A stretch of 64,000 nt of DNA, taken from contig RDEW01000005.1 in NCBI GenBank assembly GCA_011109175.1, forward strand, positions 1,546,657 to 1,610,656. Reading direction: 5' to 3'. Shown here in pieces: positions 38,906 through 52,639 of the stretch. Position 1 is the first letter of the stretch. Every line of letters begins with the position of its first letter. The position numbers were made by a program, and so were the translations under genes. The notes beneath the pieces are model-generated. The model was not told where the DNA came from. It was given only the letters and a program-made list of their open reading frames with translations, and made no database searches. This DNA is from Dicyema japonicum. Lineage: Eukaryota > Animalia > Dicyemida.

Positions 38906-39599
38906 AGATGTTGGCCTTATCTAGGAGACGAAGCATAAAAATTCGTTTCATTATTTTATTTCAACATAAATATCGCTACTGATAGAAGTCTTCTTTATTG
39001 TGTTAAGAGAATGAAGTCTTGTAACGCTTGAGAAACGCCCGATAACCTGATGGAACAAAAAATGATTATTCCTTGCGAGGGTTCGCACGAATGTCACCTA
39101 ATGTGGGTGGATTTAAGCAATGTCCTATATCTGATTGGCTTTGTCTATCGTGAGAACTGGAACGTTCATGATAGTTAGCTTAGTGATTCCCTTCTCGGTG
39201 TCAAGGGTTAACAAAATAAGTTGAGACATCTGCAGTAGCAGTATAATTTTGGTGTGATATTTTTATCATTGTTTATCCGTTCACGTAGAATGTGTAAATT
39301 TTGGGAAAATCGTAGCTTAAACAACCCCCAAGTTGGTGACATTAGATATTACTTCCGTCTAAAAATTCATCATTAAAGAACTTCCTTCCCAAATAAGGTT
39401 TGATCGTACCCCCAGATTGTATTAGAATGATTAAACCTATTAGAAGGTCAAGTTTGCTGATGATTCGAATCACGATAAGTCTGTGCAAGAGAGTCGCATC
39501 ACCTAACCATTCTATCAGCTAATCCTAAAATGAATACAAATATTACGCTAAAAGAAACAAAAAAAAATTTCTCAAGGTTGATCATATTGTCTGTGACAA

Positions 39600-39735
39600 G
39601 TAGACGAATTTCTGGATCGACTTTGGGGTCAGATTTTCGCGAGTTCGGATGATCTTCGTGAACATCGCTAGCTACTCAAGCGAATTTTCCTCGCTATTGT
39701 GAGAGGGAATAGCCATGCGGTGCGGGTTCCTGGAT
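39600..39735 (+). mobile_element. CRE 3' tail remnant abutting the RTE tail
   Basis: SLAIVRGNSHAV-like translation. Confidence 0.55.
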
Positions 39736-39744
39736 TAATTAGTT

Positions 39745-41190
39745 ATTATATTATTATTGTCAGAAACTATCGTAGAAACATAATTTTTATATTTTCACAC
39801 GTGTGGCACTCAAAGCAATTTGTCAGACCAATCTTGTCCATCCTCCCCTATTACACGCCAAACTTCTTATAGCATCCAGATCCTCCCCACTTACAAGCCT
39901 CCGGTTGATTGCTTTGAGATCCTCATCCAGCACCCCGGTAGCGTAATACGCGGGCGCCCCCGATGTTTCTTTCCACTTGCAGCGAAATATTCCTCATTGC
40001 CAAATTTGGAAGTGATGTGGGGTCCATCCGTAGGAGGTGTCCAAACAGTCTCCATCGAGCCTCCACAACATCCCAAGTCACAGGTCGCGTTGAACACTTT
40101 CGGGACAATGTCTCATTGTTGATACGTGTCGGCCATTGTACCCCGCACAGTATTCGTAATTGCTTTCGGTGGAAGCAGTTAAGATTTTTAGTTTCTTAGA
40201 ATGAGGTCTCCCAGCAGGAAAAATTATATAGCAGGACCGGCTTCACGAAAGCATTGTAGAAGCGCGAACGAAGCGCGATCGTTACCGGTCTTTTAGCCAA
40301 CCAATCCGTCTTCATCCTTTCCTCCTGGTAATGTCCTCACAGTCCCCGAGGAATGAACCGAGCTTTCTGGAACGTCTCCATCCCTCTTCCAATCTTGATC
40401 CCATACGTACGATTTCCACAATTTCAGTTTTAGTTGTATTCACAGTAAGAAAACCATTTCCCAAGCTCTGCAGGGGCAACGTCAAGTAACCGCCTCAAGG
40501 CTGTTTTATCTTCCGATACGAAATCCACATCATCAGCGTATACAATTTCGGTAATTTGACCATTATAAAAACTTCTATGACCACGCAGTGCTACCTCCAG
40601 GTATACCATAAACAGCAAAGGAAAAGGAGTCCCCCTGGGGGGTACCCACAGTCGTCGAAAAATTTCCGGACGACGTACTCCAACTCGTACCGTCAGTTCT
40701 GTGTTCGACAATAAAACTTCTATCATTCTGACAGAATCCCTATTAAGGAATCCATGCAAAAACATCAATAAGCTTTCCTCGGCGAATTGTGTCAAAAGGC
40801 TCTCGACATGTCGATCCCCAAAATTGTAGTCGCACTCTCAAATCTTTGGTAAGTGGCACAACGCCACCTATGCCCCTAGACAATATCAGCGGTAGATCTC
40901 CCTGTCCTGAATCCACTATGGCTCGAGGACGGGTATTCATTCACAGGCTCTTGCACACGATCCAGCACCACCAGAGCAAGGACCTTTCTTAGCGTATTGA
41001 GTATACTGACTGGGCGCAGGTTTTCCACAGGGCCCGCCCTCTTATTCGGTTTTTGAATCGGCACCATTATTCCTTCGCCGAACGAAAGAAGGTCGTTAGT
41101 TGCAAACATTTCGTTTAATACTTTGGCCACGATTTCCACCAGGGTTTTAGGGCCGTACTTCAGTAACTCAGCACTTATGCCATCCAGTTA
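39745..41190 (-). mobile_element. 5'-truncated RTE-clade LINE
   Basis: NLRPVSILNTLRKV, GFRTGRSTADIV, PLLFMVYLE, YADDVDF, GRPRITL, TAA-rich tail. Confidence 0.85.
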
Positions 41191-41434
41191 TGCGGAATTA
41201 TTTTTTACCTGTTTCTAAGATAAAGTTAGGTTCAGTAGAGGAAAAATTATATTTTACCTTTCATGTCACACAGGATAATTACACAGGCAGACAAATGGCA
41301 GTTGCTCCCATATATCGGTCACTTTCGGTAGATGGACTGATTTCAGTGTACAATTCGTATGTAAAAAATTATAAAATTTATAAAAGTATAAATATTTCAC
41401 AAAAAATTAAAATTTAAAATATTAATTTAATCAC

Positions 41435-43061
41435 ATGTCTTCCGAATTGGGGATTAGAGATACAATTAACGAATCTTTGTATGGTGAGTATTCTCTCGAA
41501 GAATTCCTTGCTGGGGCGACAGCAGACCACGAACTAGTCAAAGTGGGAGACATTGAAAGTCACATAGGGAATCAAATTTGGGTGAGAGCTCGCATGTCTC
41601 ATTCCCGTGGCAAAGGTATTTTCAAAATATACAACCAGGCAGGAAGTGTTTTTATGGTTTTACGAGACAGCGGAGAAACTTTTCAAGCAGTGGCGTTCAA
41701 ATCTGATCGAATAACATCTGAGTTTCTTGAATATTTATCACAGTAGTCACCATGTCGTATTTTAGAATCCCACGTGAGAGCATTGTCGAGATCTATGGTA
41801 AGGTTTCGGCTTCTCCAAGTCCCGTCAAATCGTGTAGTGTCACCAGTGTTGAATTGACTGTCGAGAAGGCCTTTGTTCTTAGCAGAGCTGTTTCTGTGCT
41901 TCCTTTGCAAGTTGACGAGGCTGAGAGAGAGCCTGGAGACGAGGCGCTTCCCGTAGCCTCCATGGAAAATGGTCTCAACAACCGGGTCATCGACCTCCGA
42001 GCAAGCATAAATCGCGCTATTTTCTTTGTTCAGAGTTGCATTGCTAAGGGATTCCGGGCGGCTGTGGATGAACGTGGATTTATGGAAGTATTCGTTCCCA
42101 AAATTATAAGCGGTATACCTTTGATGTATAACATCATAGCTGCCAGTGAGGGAGGCTCGAATGTCTTCAAGGTGCAATATTTTGAAAAAATGGCGTTTCT
42201 GGCGCAGTCACCTCAGCTTTATAAAACAAATGTGTATTTCTGCGGATTTTGATGGCGTCTACACGATTGGTCCTGTTTTCAGGGCTGAGGATTCGAATAC
42301 TTACAGACATCTCACTGAATTCACGGGCCTAGACCTGGAACTTCGGATTCCTCACAATTACCACTACCTGGTGGACACTGTTGGGCAAATTATGATTGAA
42401 ATATTCGACTTTTTGAATGAAAAGTGCTCAAAAGAGGTGAATCGTTTGTGTGAAGCATTCCAAGTCACTCCATTCGTCTATAACAGAAAGCCGTGAGTTT
42501 TATAAGTTATCTGAGGCTGATCCTACCTTTTTGGGACGCTGTGGAAATGTTAAGAGTTGAAGGGGAAGAAATGGGGGATTTTGATGACTTTAATTCTTCT
42601 CAGGAAAAACGACTCGGCGAAATCGTAAAAAGGAAGGTTGTATCGTCTTTACTGGTAGTTTGGGACCGATTTTTATATAATCGATAAATATCCACTAAAT
42701 GTCCGGCCGTTCTACACGATGCCTGATTTCGCTAATAAAGTACTGTTTTGTAGTGATGCTAGGGCTATTCGAACTCATTTGATATTTTTATGAGAGGAGA
42801 GGAGATCTGTTCGGGTGCTCAGAGAGTCCACGATGCGGAATTTCTTACTCAACGTGCTAAGGAGCATGGAATAGGTTCTGGGATTTTCTGATGTTAGATC
42901 TGGAGACCATCAGGGATTATATCAACTCCTTTGAATATGGAGCTTATCCTCACGGAGGGATCGGTATTGGACTGGAACGAGTCACCATGTTTTTTTTGGG
43001 AATTCGCAATATAAGGAGGACGAGTATGTTCCCCAGAGATCCTCATAGGGTCAGACCTTGA
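41435..43061 (+). CDS. DARS1: Cytoplasmic aspartyl-tRNA synthetase, 7 introns of 22-27 nt
   Basis: VWVRAR-like OB fold, [10 protein letters not shown]-like motif, [62 protein letters not shown]. One extra A at about 42224. Confidence 0.96.
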
Positions 43062-43208
43062 TCTTTTTAATGTCTATTTTGTCCAGTATTTTGGTTTTAT
43101 TGTTGGATTTCTCTTGCTATGTGAATCAGGTATCATTCGTAAGAGACAAGTCTATCCAAGCGTACGCAAATCCATCCAAAACTACTCCCTACAAATTATC
43201 CAATGGAG

Positions 43209-44290
43209 TTATGTTATCCAATTAAGTCGTGTCCGACTTTTGGAGATCTCATGAACAAGTTTCTTCCACTCTTCCCGATCCGTCGCAATTTGGTTTACGA
43301 TTCTTCCTTCTAGCGAAATCTCCGTCTCTACTCGTTTGAGTACATCGGTGTTTGTTATTCTGGAAGTCCAAGGGATTCTTAGTAACCTCTTCCAGCACCA
43401 CAGTTCAAAAGCATCAATTTTTCGTCTATCCGCCTTTTTCAATATCCATGATTCTGCTCCGTATAGAAAAACCGGGAACACGATTGCATTAACCAGTCTG
43501 CATTTGGTCCTTAAACAAATATCCTTGCTTTTCCAAATTCTATTCATTTTCAGGAAGGCGTCCCATGGCAATTCGCCTCTTGATTTCCAAGCCTCCGTCA
43601 CCATTCGATTAATTAGACATCCCAGAAAGACAACATTATCGCAACTCTATTTTCTCATTCCCAATTTTTAGTTCTATTATTCCATCATTAGCAGTCATAA
43701 TTTTGGTCTTCTTGATATTTAGCAATAAACCAAAGACGGCGCTCTCTTCTCTGAATCTTAGAATCAACTTCTCTGTTTCAGCCAGTAAGGTTGTATCGTC
43801 AGCATAGCGCAAATTATTGATGCAAATTATGATAAATATTGAATAGGATGGGAGATAATAAGCATCCTTGTCTTCCTCCTTCACGGTATCTCTATACACT
43901 GTTCTAACAATAGCTTCTTGATCCTTATAAAGAGATTTGATAAGCAATATCAGATGGGAATCGAATCCAAATTCTTTTTATCCAGTGGAGTAGGAATAAC
44001 AAATCATTATTTAGATAACATTCTAGAACTTTTAGGAGAGTTGGATTACATTCAATGTAGAAAGGTACTACAAAAGCGAAGATCACTCTAAATTTCATAT
44101 GCACATAATTAACGACCAACTAATAACTCATTTGTTCCTGTTCAAGGTAGTGAGTTCTTATCTAAGTTCTTTCAATTAGATCTAGATGGATTTGAACCAA
44201 GAAATCATTTTGAGTTTCTGATGTCTCCTGAGTTCTTTAATAAGCGGGAGAAGAGCTTATACCCATCTTGAGAAAATGAAGATATTAATC
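43209..44290 (-). mobile_element. RTE/BovB-like LINE fragment
   Basis: NNLRYADDTTLLA, GLLLNIKKTKIM, TKCRLVNAIVFPVFLYGAESW, IDAFELWCWKRLLRIPW. Confidence 0.85.
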
Positions 44291-44544
44291 GTAGTATAGC
44301 TACGGCAAATTGGTCAGAGCTAGCCGGTTCATCCATCCGACGATTAAACACTTGGTTAGGTAATTATTTTTATAAATTCTGAAATATCTGAGAAAAATTA
44401 AATTATGAGTACAAAATCAGATATTTCCCTTACCCTTTAAATAAAAATTAAAAAAAAAACTTTTTATTGCAAAAATTGAATTCTGGAAAAATGAAATTAT
44501 TTATGGGAATAGTTAAATATTAATTAATAAATAATTATAAATTA

Positions 44545-44665
44545 ACACAGCCGTCCATCCAAAGTGGACCCCGCCGACATTATCGACGTTTCGTTGCCTC
44601 TCGCGATTGCAACAGAGATCAACTGGAGGAGCTACCGGGTCTCAGTTTTCTTTAGGAAACGAAGC
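44545..44665 (-). mobile_element. CRE 3' tail fragment
   Basis: Reverse complement matches 35230-35330. Confidence 0.8.
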
Positions 44666-44749
44666 AATTTTAAAATAAAAATTTCATTATGGAAAAATAA
44701 ACGAAATTATTTATTGTAAAACGAAATTAAATTTTTCTGGACATTTTCA

Positions 44750-45500
44750 GATTCAAAGCTTCGATTTTTAATAAGAATTTTCGTCAAAAGAGATATCGCC
44801 CTTTCAACCTAAGCTGAGCTTCCACATCAATTTCGAAGGTATGAGTAAATTTCTGGCGAAATATTTAAAAAAAAAAAAGAAATCAAGAATGCTTAGTATC
44901 CCAGATTTCTAAAGCTTTTTTTGATATATAATTTTTTTATATTGCACCGATCTGATGAAAATTCTATGTTGTTCAGATCTGTTAAGATTTTTCAATTGAA
45001 TAATCGAGTAGGTATTTGAAATCATTTCAATTAATCCCAAATAATTTGAACTGATTTGGGTTAAGCTTGGAAACAACGTAGGATTATTCACTGATTTTTT
45101 GCCTAAAATAATTAAAAACTAAAACATTTTGTATTAAAACTCCATCTCCTTCAAATTCAGATACGATTTTAATAATTTCTGGAAGATTCTGGGAGTAATA
45201 TTTTGCTGCTTTTAGCCAGCTTCCCCATCTTGTGAGAACAACTTAGGGCAGATTTTCTATTTGTGAGAACATTTCACACCGTCTTTTGATCATCACCGTG
45301 GCAGCCGTTAAAGAAGAAATCAGGCTATGAAAATCTATGAAGTAGGATTTTATTCTTAGTGTAATAGACGTGAAACAAAATTGACGTGGAAAAGATTTGG
45401 ACATAAAAGATTTTTTATTGAGGTCCCAGCTAAAATTAGATTTATTCCTACCACTTGTCATATATCTTGCGGCATCTGTACGAATAAGAGGAACTTTTCA
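44750..45500 (-). mobile_element. Second CGGBP1-like hAT transposase remnant
   Basis: VVLTRWGSWLKAAKYYSQNLP. Confidence 0.55.
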
Positions 45501-45934
45501 CGTTCAATTGACAATTTTTTTATTATTTCATCAACTTAATACAAATTGTTGAATTGGTAGGCGGAGAATGTAGATTCTTACACAATATGAGAAACAATTA
45601 TAGCACGTTTTTTTAAATTTTTTATTTTTAATTAATTTTAATTTCAACAATTTGTGTTGAAGTTGATAAAATAATGAAAAAAAATTTCATTAAACTCCTA
45701 TGCCTGTGCGTCATGGGGAATCAATCTGTCCTGGACGAACAAACAAAGAATCCTCATTACTTGAAGACCTTATCCGACAAAATGGAAAGGGATTTGCTAC
45801 CCTGTGCAGGTAGTGCAACTCTCAGCAATACACAGTCACGACGTGTCTTGTAAGAAGGGTATACATCACCCCTCTCCAATTCCTATTCCCCAAACCCCTG
45901 CCCACAGAGAATTAATTAAAATTAATAATTAATT

Positions 45935-46045
45935 AGCACAGCCATCCATCCAAAGTGGACATTGCGTTGCCTCTCACGATTGCAACAGAGATCAACTGGA
46001 GAAGCCACCGGGTCTCACGTGCGTCGTTAGTGTAGCTAGGCGTTT
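45935..46045 (-). mobile_element. CRE 3' tail fragment
   Basis: Reverse complement matches 35190-35330. Confidence 0.8.
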
Positions 46046-46849
46046 TTTTTTAATTTATCCGAAAAGATTTCTGACACGTGAGAAATGGATATTTGTCATT
46101 CTGTTGAATTAATTTTATAATTTTGATTTGTTAGAATTTTTTTAATCTTATACAACTTGGCTTAGTTAGTTAAGTAACCCCTGCCTCACTGTAGGAGACC
46201 AGCAGCTATTAAATAGGACGCAGCAGATGCTGGTCGCTCCTATAGATCGGTCAGTCCCGGCATTGTAGACGAACGTTGTGCTAATTCATTGACATTCAAA
46301 TAGGTGATTTGTTGTCAATACGTGGAGGTTCCAAAAGGGACAGAGGAAATCGTACGTCAGTAGAGAGGGGTGGTGCCCACATCATAGACGAGCCAAGTTT
46401 AGCCGGACGTCCCTTGGAAGAGAAGATTATGATTGGTCTATCGGAGTAGGGGGACGGTGCAGTATTTTATTATCTTCGAGTCTTCGGATGCTTCTCAAAA
46501 TCGTGTATCTGTTCATCTCGTACCCAAACAAGAATTTATGGAATACAACCAGATGACACCCACGCAGGTTATTTACTAACACACCCAAACAGTAACCATT
46601 TACGTACATGCACTAAACACACTCAGCTATCTGGCCTAGATAACCAGAAACTAGTACATACTCGTTTTATCGTCTCAGTGGTGGTCCATCTGCAGATTCA
46701 TTTACAGAAACCTTGTTACGACTTTTACTTCCTTTAAATGAATAGGCTCGGGTGTCTACTCCCATCCATAAAATGCAAGATCCAACAACCTCACCAAATC
46801 ATTGATTGGTAATAATAATATTTATTATGACAAACCGACATCTTGAAAC

Positions 46850-48500
46850 TCAAGAATCTACCCAATAAAGAATACAATGATAATGCAGGCACAGTGGTCC
46901 TGTTTACCACAAGAAATTGTTCCAAGACTCCCCAATCTGACTGATCAATCAAATTTGTCTCAGTTAAGTGAAATATAACAAAGTTGCTGAGACTGTTTTC
47001 AAAAGAATACCTCGAGACAGATGCCCTTTAACCACAAGAACTTTCAATGAACAATCTTATACGACGAATTTAGTGGCAAATCTGAAGAGTTTGTGAACTT
47101 TTTACCAGCTTTACTACCCAATAGGATCAGGAAGTTGAAAATAGGACTCTAGATGCAAATCTCTTATTTTAGAGAATGTCAAAGCGAGTTTTATCCCCAA
47201 ATTCACCAAATTCGTCAATATTTCGAGATGTTCACAAACCCTCAAAGTTCTTTACAAATTTTTGGAAAAGTCGTAGCTGCGACCAAGGCCAGAGTCAATG
47301 AGTAGATTAAGTTGTCCCGCCTAAGATCATAAATGGTATTATGACTATCATTTAGGTTTGGTAGCTAGCATTAGAGTCGACGTGGTAAACAACAGTGTAA
47401 TTATTTGGCAACTAGCCACCCTATTCAAAACCCTCAGCGATATCAATATAACTGATACATTGGACTTATCGATATTGAACGGTAAAATGAGCTCATTGAC
47501 AAAAAATATACGCAATATCCTCACACGTCAATAAGGATGACTTATTTTTACTAAGAGTTGAACGTGGAAAGGAATTAATATCGACAAATACTTCTTAAAT
47601 TCTTCTAAGTCCTGGAAGAAGGCGTGTTATCCAAAAAATACATATGACCGAATTTCTCAACCGAAAATACTAAGTTGAAAATTCTGCCATTTTTGCGTAA
47701 AAATTGAATAATTAGAAAATAATAGTTGATCGAGCAAATAAGAAAGTTATTAGGCTCATTCCTGGTTTTCATGTGGTGCACCTGCTCGTGGAGAAAACTG
47801 CTTACATTTTAGCGGACAGACCCAGCTTATTTCCTTTGCCAAACAACTACCAAATAGTTTGATTGGCAATGGCTACAGGACGCGAAGCTACCGTTCCCGG
47901 ATTTCTTTAATCAGGTGTAGTAATGTTGAACACCTGTGGGATCTATGGGAGCGTTCGCTCTTATCTGTAAATTTCTTGTTAGCCACCGGTTTCTTTCAAT
48001 CGAAGGGACGGTGGATAAATAAATAAAAAGTAGGCTTATTCCTCTTCAATTGCTTGAACGGCCTCAATGTTGATGTAACCGAGTCTTGCTGTTCGTTAAA
48101 GTATGTTAATAATTCACCCAGATCAAAGGGATTGTTATATCTTCCTCAAGGTTGCGACCTATTTTTGAAAATGATGTACCAAATTGTGCCTTGGTCACAT
48201 TGGACGACTTAGGAGAGACTGGTATTGATAATGGGACAATCGACGGAATACATGAAATTGGGATATTCTAGCTCTCGAGATTTTGAGTGAACGAAAACTC
48301 CGCCTGGGATGATCGAAACCTTTAAATAACCCCTTCTATAGCTACCTGACATTTTAAAATGTCTATACACCACACGTTGAATGGAATAAGAAGAATCCTT
48401 AGGAAATTGATGATTTCCAGAGATCAGACCGGTATAGTTGGTTCTGTGCAGAACTAGAAAGTGGACTCGGACAAGAGAAGATGTGACCTTTTTGGTCCTC
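46850..48500 (+). mobile_element. Heavily decayed R4/Dong-like element
   Basis: YIGLIDIE..ELIDKNIRNIL (about 47455-47525) and EIGI (about 48255) match the intact ORF at 23032-25350. Confidence 0.55.
47764..47824 (+). ncRNA. HDV-like ribozyme motif, most canonical core in the window
   Basis: 7-bp P1 GGTTTTC/GAAAACT with G1-U wobble, L3 TGCTCGT, P1.1 GC; P2, P3 and P4 partly decayed. Confidence 0.5.
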
Positions 48501-49136
48501 AAGAAAGCATGATGGCGATAGTGGAGAGGACGATTACCAATCCTGCACAGATACGAATGCAAATCCATGCTGTGACCAGAAAAAATAATATCAGAATTAA
48601 ATTATTTTTCATCTGAAAAAATCACTTTAATCAAAATAGTGACCTTGATAAAATTACTCAAAAATTATTAGGGATTTTTAGTCACCGTCTACCAGTTTTT
48701 ATTGGTATGACTATGTTCCATTATTCAAGCGTGACATCAAGATTAGAAATGTTGCCTTACATGACTACTCTAGCAAGAGTGGTACTGTGTATCTGTTTTA
48801 TCAAGGTTCAATTAATCTGTTAGAAAGAAGGTTTTAAATTTTACGAGGTTTTGTCGTAACTTGTGATCCGTCTGCCGCCTAGTGGTATCACAAAAAATTA
48901 ATTTCTCTCCCACATTCCACTGGAGTTGTTCCCATAACTGCAAGATCTGGACGGTTTGTTCCATTCTAGTCCTGGAAGGACTAGTTTGCGACATTGAAGT
49001 CTCTGCTTCTGAGACCGCGGGAACCGAACACATTTAATTAGTCATTAAATTTAGAAATGTGAAGAATAAAGCTTTTAAAACAAAAAAATGTAATCTAGCG
49101 TGAAATTTTATGGAAATCATTCATGTGGAGGATTAC

Positions 49137-50250
49137 TTACAACTTTTCCTCTCGTTTCGGGGGAAATTCAATGTATGATGGTCTTTTATTTTCTGCTATG
49201 TTGACATGTACGTAATTAGTGCCTTGATCCTTCTTTCCGTTTGTTGGATACTGTGAAGACACGAAATGGAAGTAATCCGATTCAGCCTTATAGTTAACCA
49301 TTTCATCGATGATTTGGGAAGGTGCACGTGGATTGAAGTTGTAAGATGAAAACAGTGGTCTCATTAACATCATGGTGGAAGACATCTGAAAAAAATAAAA
49401 TAAAAACTTCCAAAAAACTGAGAATTTCAGGCAAAACCCCATTTTCGGAAAACTTAACATTTTAACCAAAAAAACCTTATTATTGGCGTTTTCAAACGAT
49501 TTTGGAATCTCGTGGGTTGTTTTGAACTCAAAGTGCCAATACAAAATTTTTCCCGTCACACAGTTTAGACGTAACTTCCAGGGACCGTTGGAAAATGTTG
49601 TGGACAGCTTCTTATATTCAGAACGGATCATAATTTCAGGAAAGTATATTACAAACTCTTCCCCTTCAAAATAATAATTTTCAGTTTGGGGGACTTGAAA
49701 TTGCATTTTCTTGATCCCCGACTCGAACAGCTTACGAAAGTAAACCGGTAGCAGTTCTTTCGTCAATCCTGTAGTTTTAACATCAGCAAACCAAATGTCT
49801 TGTAAATCCCATAAAATTTCCCAGAAAGCTCAAAAGTAACGTTTTCTGCAAAAAAGACGTTTACCATGTTTTCCCACCAGCTGAGGTAGACGCTCTTTTA
49901 GTTAGTCAATGACCCATACTTGTATGTATTCTTTCACTTTTTCATTTCTGATCTTTGGATTATCCTAAAATGAGAAATCCGGATACCACGTGAACTGACC
50001 CACACGTACTGCTCATGGCGAGGTATTTATTTAGCTTATTGATCAGATTCCTCACAAATTTAATCTGTTTTTTCAAACTCATTTCATATTCTAGCATTTT
50101 GATGTAATTCCTATATTTTAGCTTTTTGTTGGAGAATAAAAATACTTCCGAGTTCATCAGATGGTTGAAAAAGACTGGATTCCCCCGTGACATTCCGTTA
50201 TTTCCGCCATAGTTCACTAAAATTAAAAAAAACATCCCTTAACTGTTGTC
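49137..50250 (-). CDS. LDB: LIM-domain-binding (LDB/Chip) family protein
   Basis: WWENMVNVFFAEN, GLTKELLPVYFRKLFESG, KILYWHFEF, MLMRPLFSSYNFNPR align with the LDB dimerisation domain. Both ends uncertain. Confidence 0.72.
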
Positions 50251-50344
50251 ACTCAATAAAAATTGCCGGCGCTTAAAATATTATTTTTATGACCAATAAT
50301 TTTTCAAATTACGTTAAAATCGATTATTACGTAATCAAGTCGAC

Positions 50345-51760
50345 TAGTGTTTCTTGTGGTGCCACGTGGCTACTTGATTGAAGATTTCTCTTGCTTCTCT
50401 CTGTTGGTGTCATTGGATCCACCTTAATCAGGAGACACATAATGGCCGGCATTAAAAAAATCCATCTATTCATTCCACTGAGAGACAATTTCGCTCCCTG
50501 GAGACGAGTTCTGTAATCGACCTATAAAAGTTAATAAAATTCATCGGGCTGGAACTTGCAAAACAGCCTTCTCTAACGGATCTGACAAAATCCCAATGAT
50601 CCTACTAAAGAATCTTGGTGATCAGGGAATCACTACATTGACGAGGATATACAATAACTCTATCAATGAAAACTTCATTCCACCATATCGAAGAAAGCAC
50701 ACCTCCAACCTATTCTGAAACCAGGAAGAACGATGAAGGATCCCACTTCCTATAGGCCGTCGCGTTGCTCTGCTCCATTTAGAAAATCATGGAGAAGCTG
50801 GTTTTTTCAAAAATTAAAGACTCTCTCGGATATGGAATTCCACATGATTCAGCCTTGACTAACTATATTGATTTTATCACAGACGAGACATCTAAAAGCT
50901 GTACTCCATTGATGTCCAAAAGGCTCTCGACTCTCGAAAAAGATTTTTGGAAAATTTTCTAAACAAAATTCCTGGGAAATATTAAACTCTGGCTAGCTAA
51001 CTTCCTTACGACGGAGACGAGTTTTTATTGACAGTCAAAATCCATTCACGATATCTTTCTAATGATGTTCTTCAAGGATCCCAGGTATCCCCCTCCCTAT
51101 TCATGGCCGATCGGAGGATGAAAATGATATCATTGTCTCCTACACAGAAGGCGTCTACATTGTTTCTCAAGATCGGGACATCCAGGCTGTTATCTCAAGG
51201 TTACATTAATAAACCGTGTCAACGATCGGCTAGTGAAGAACCTCTTAGCTACCAGTTCTAAAAAGTCAATGACAACTCTTTTTTACCTCGGACCCGAGAC
51301 TGGGAAGACGAACACTATAATTAAAAGTAAACAAAGCTCCCCTACAGTCAATCTACAAAAATTTTGGGAATTGACACGCATTTGTGCTTCTCGCACCATG
51401 CGGGAAACGTTTTAATGAAATGCGGAAGATTAACTTCTGAAGAGTTTCCTAGATTATGGAAGGTCGGAAGCCATCTGGTCCTTGATTCCTATACAAACAG
51501 TACATCGAGACTGTCATCTCCTACGCATGCGCATCAAATGGCTCTTTCGTCTCTTGGACCAATTCTGTTAGGATCGCAGACGCCAGGAAAAAAGTTCTTA
51601 ATGTGAAAAAACAGTGGAAGTTTGGAGTGAAATGTTCCAAACTGACAGCGTTAAAGGCCTTAATTCAGTAAAATTATGTTGGCTCGATGGAGGAACACTG
51701 CTAGAAACTTAGGGTGCTAGTTGATCACATGGTATGTTAGTTATGGTTTAGCAGTGATCT
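50345..51760 (+). mobile_element. Decayed, internally deleted Vingi-like LINE with 5' leader and motif (50405-50465)
   Basis: Leader GTGGTGCCACGTGG, P1 GTGTC/GACAC, RT segments LLKNLGDQGI and VLQGSQVSP. Confidence 0.7.
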
Positions 51761-52009
51761 TAGTTTATACAAAAAGGAGAGGTTTTACATTATCATAACT
51801 AAATTCAAAAAACTACTTACTTCATCATCAGACTAGAGCTATATTAGATTTAGAAAATCAGATATTTCACTCAGAAAGGATAAAATCTTGGGGGTCCCAA
51901 AATAAAAAAAAACATATAATTACAATCATTGGATACTTCCAAGTATAGAATAAATCCTATGAATTAAATAGTAACACCATCACTGAGTAAAAATAAATTT
52001 ATGATTAAT

Positions 52010-52495
52010 TGCCGATGCGGCAGGGTGGTTGACAGGAAAGGACTACATCCGCTGTCATGCACGAGCGCCTGGAGATTCCCCATTACGCCATGTTAAACTA
52101 GATTGTCATGAGGGCTATCGAAGAAGCCGAGTTTACTTGCCTTCTGAAACCCGCCCGGTTTTGACAGAGGTAAGGGGAAGAGGCCAGATGGCCTAACGAC
52201 CATTCCAAGAAAGGTGTCTTGCTAGAGATTCAATGTGCATGGATACTTTCTAAAACGCGAATCTGCGCAAGTCATCATTACGATGCTTTTCCAGAACATT
52301 GGAATTGCGTTCATGAGAGGTAACTAAATTATAAAAGTATTGAAAATATAAAACTTGTGGTTTAAACTGCGGTTCAAGCCAACCTAACCTTCAAAAGTTT
52401 GAAAAACAACATTAAATTACAGACATTAACTAAACCACATTTTCAAATTAGTAAAATAAAGGGAAACTCCCATTGCGTGCTCAATGCAGGCATAA
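52010..52495 (+). mobile_element. CRE 3' fragment
   Basis: HYAMLN.IVMRA, KRPDGLT-like segment, RGNSHCVL-like tail. Confidence 0.65.
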
Positions 52496-52639
52496 TTAAA
52501 TTAAGCCAAAACGAAAAAATTCAGGTGATAATGGAAATTCTCCCAACAAAATTAAAGTTTAAAATATAAAATTTATATTTATTCAAAAAAAACAACTAAA
52601 GCAATAATTTTATAATAAATTTGTTATGACAGATCTCTA

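Noticed and set aside
45706-45757. Another pseudoknot-motif copy (GTGCGTC...GACGAAC)
   Set aside because: P1 and P2 partly pair, but P3 and P4 are absent; too degenerate to call.
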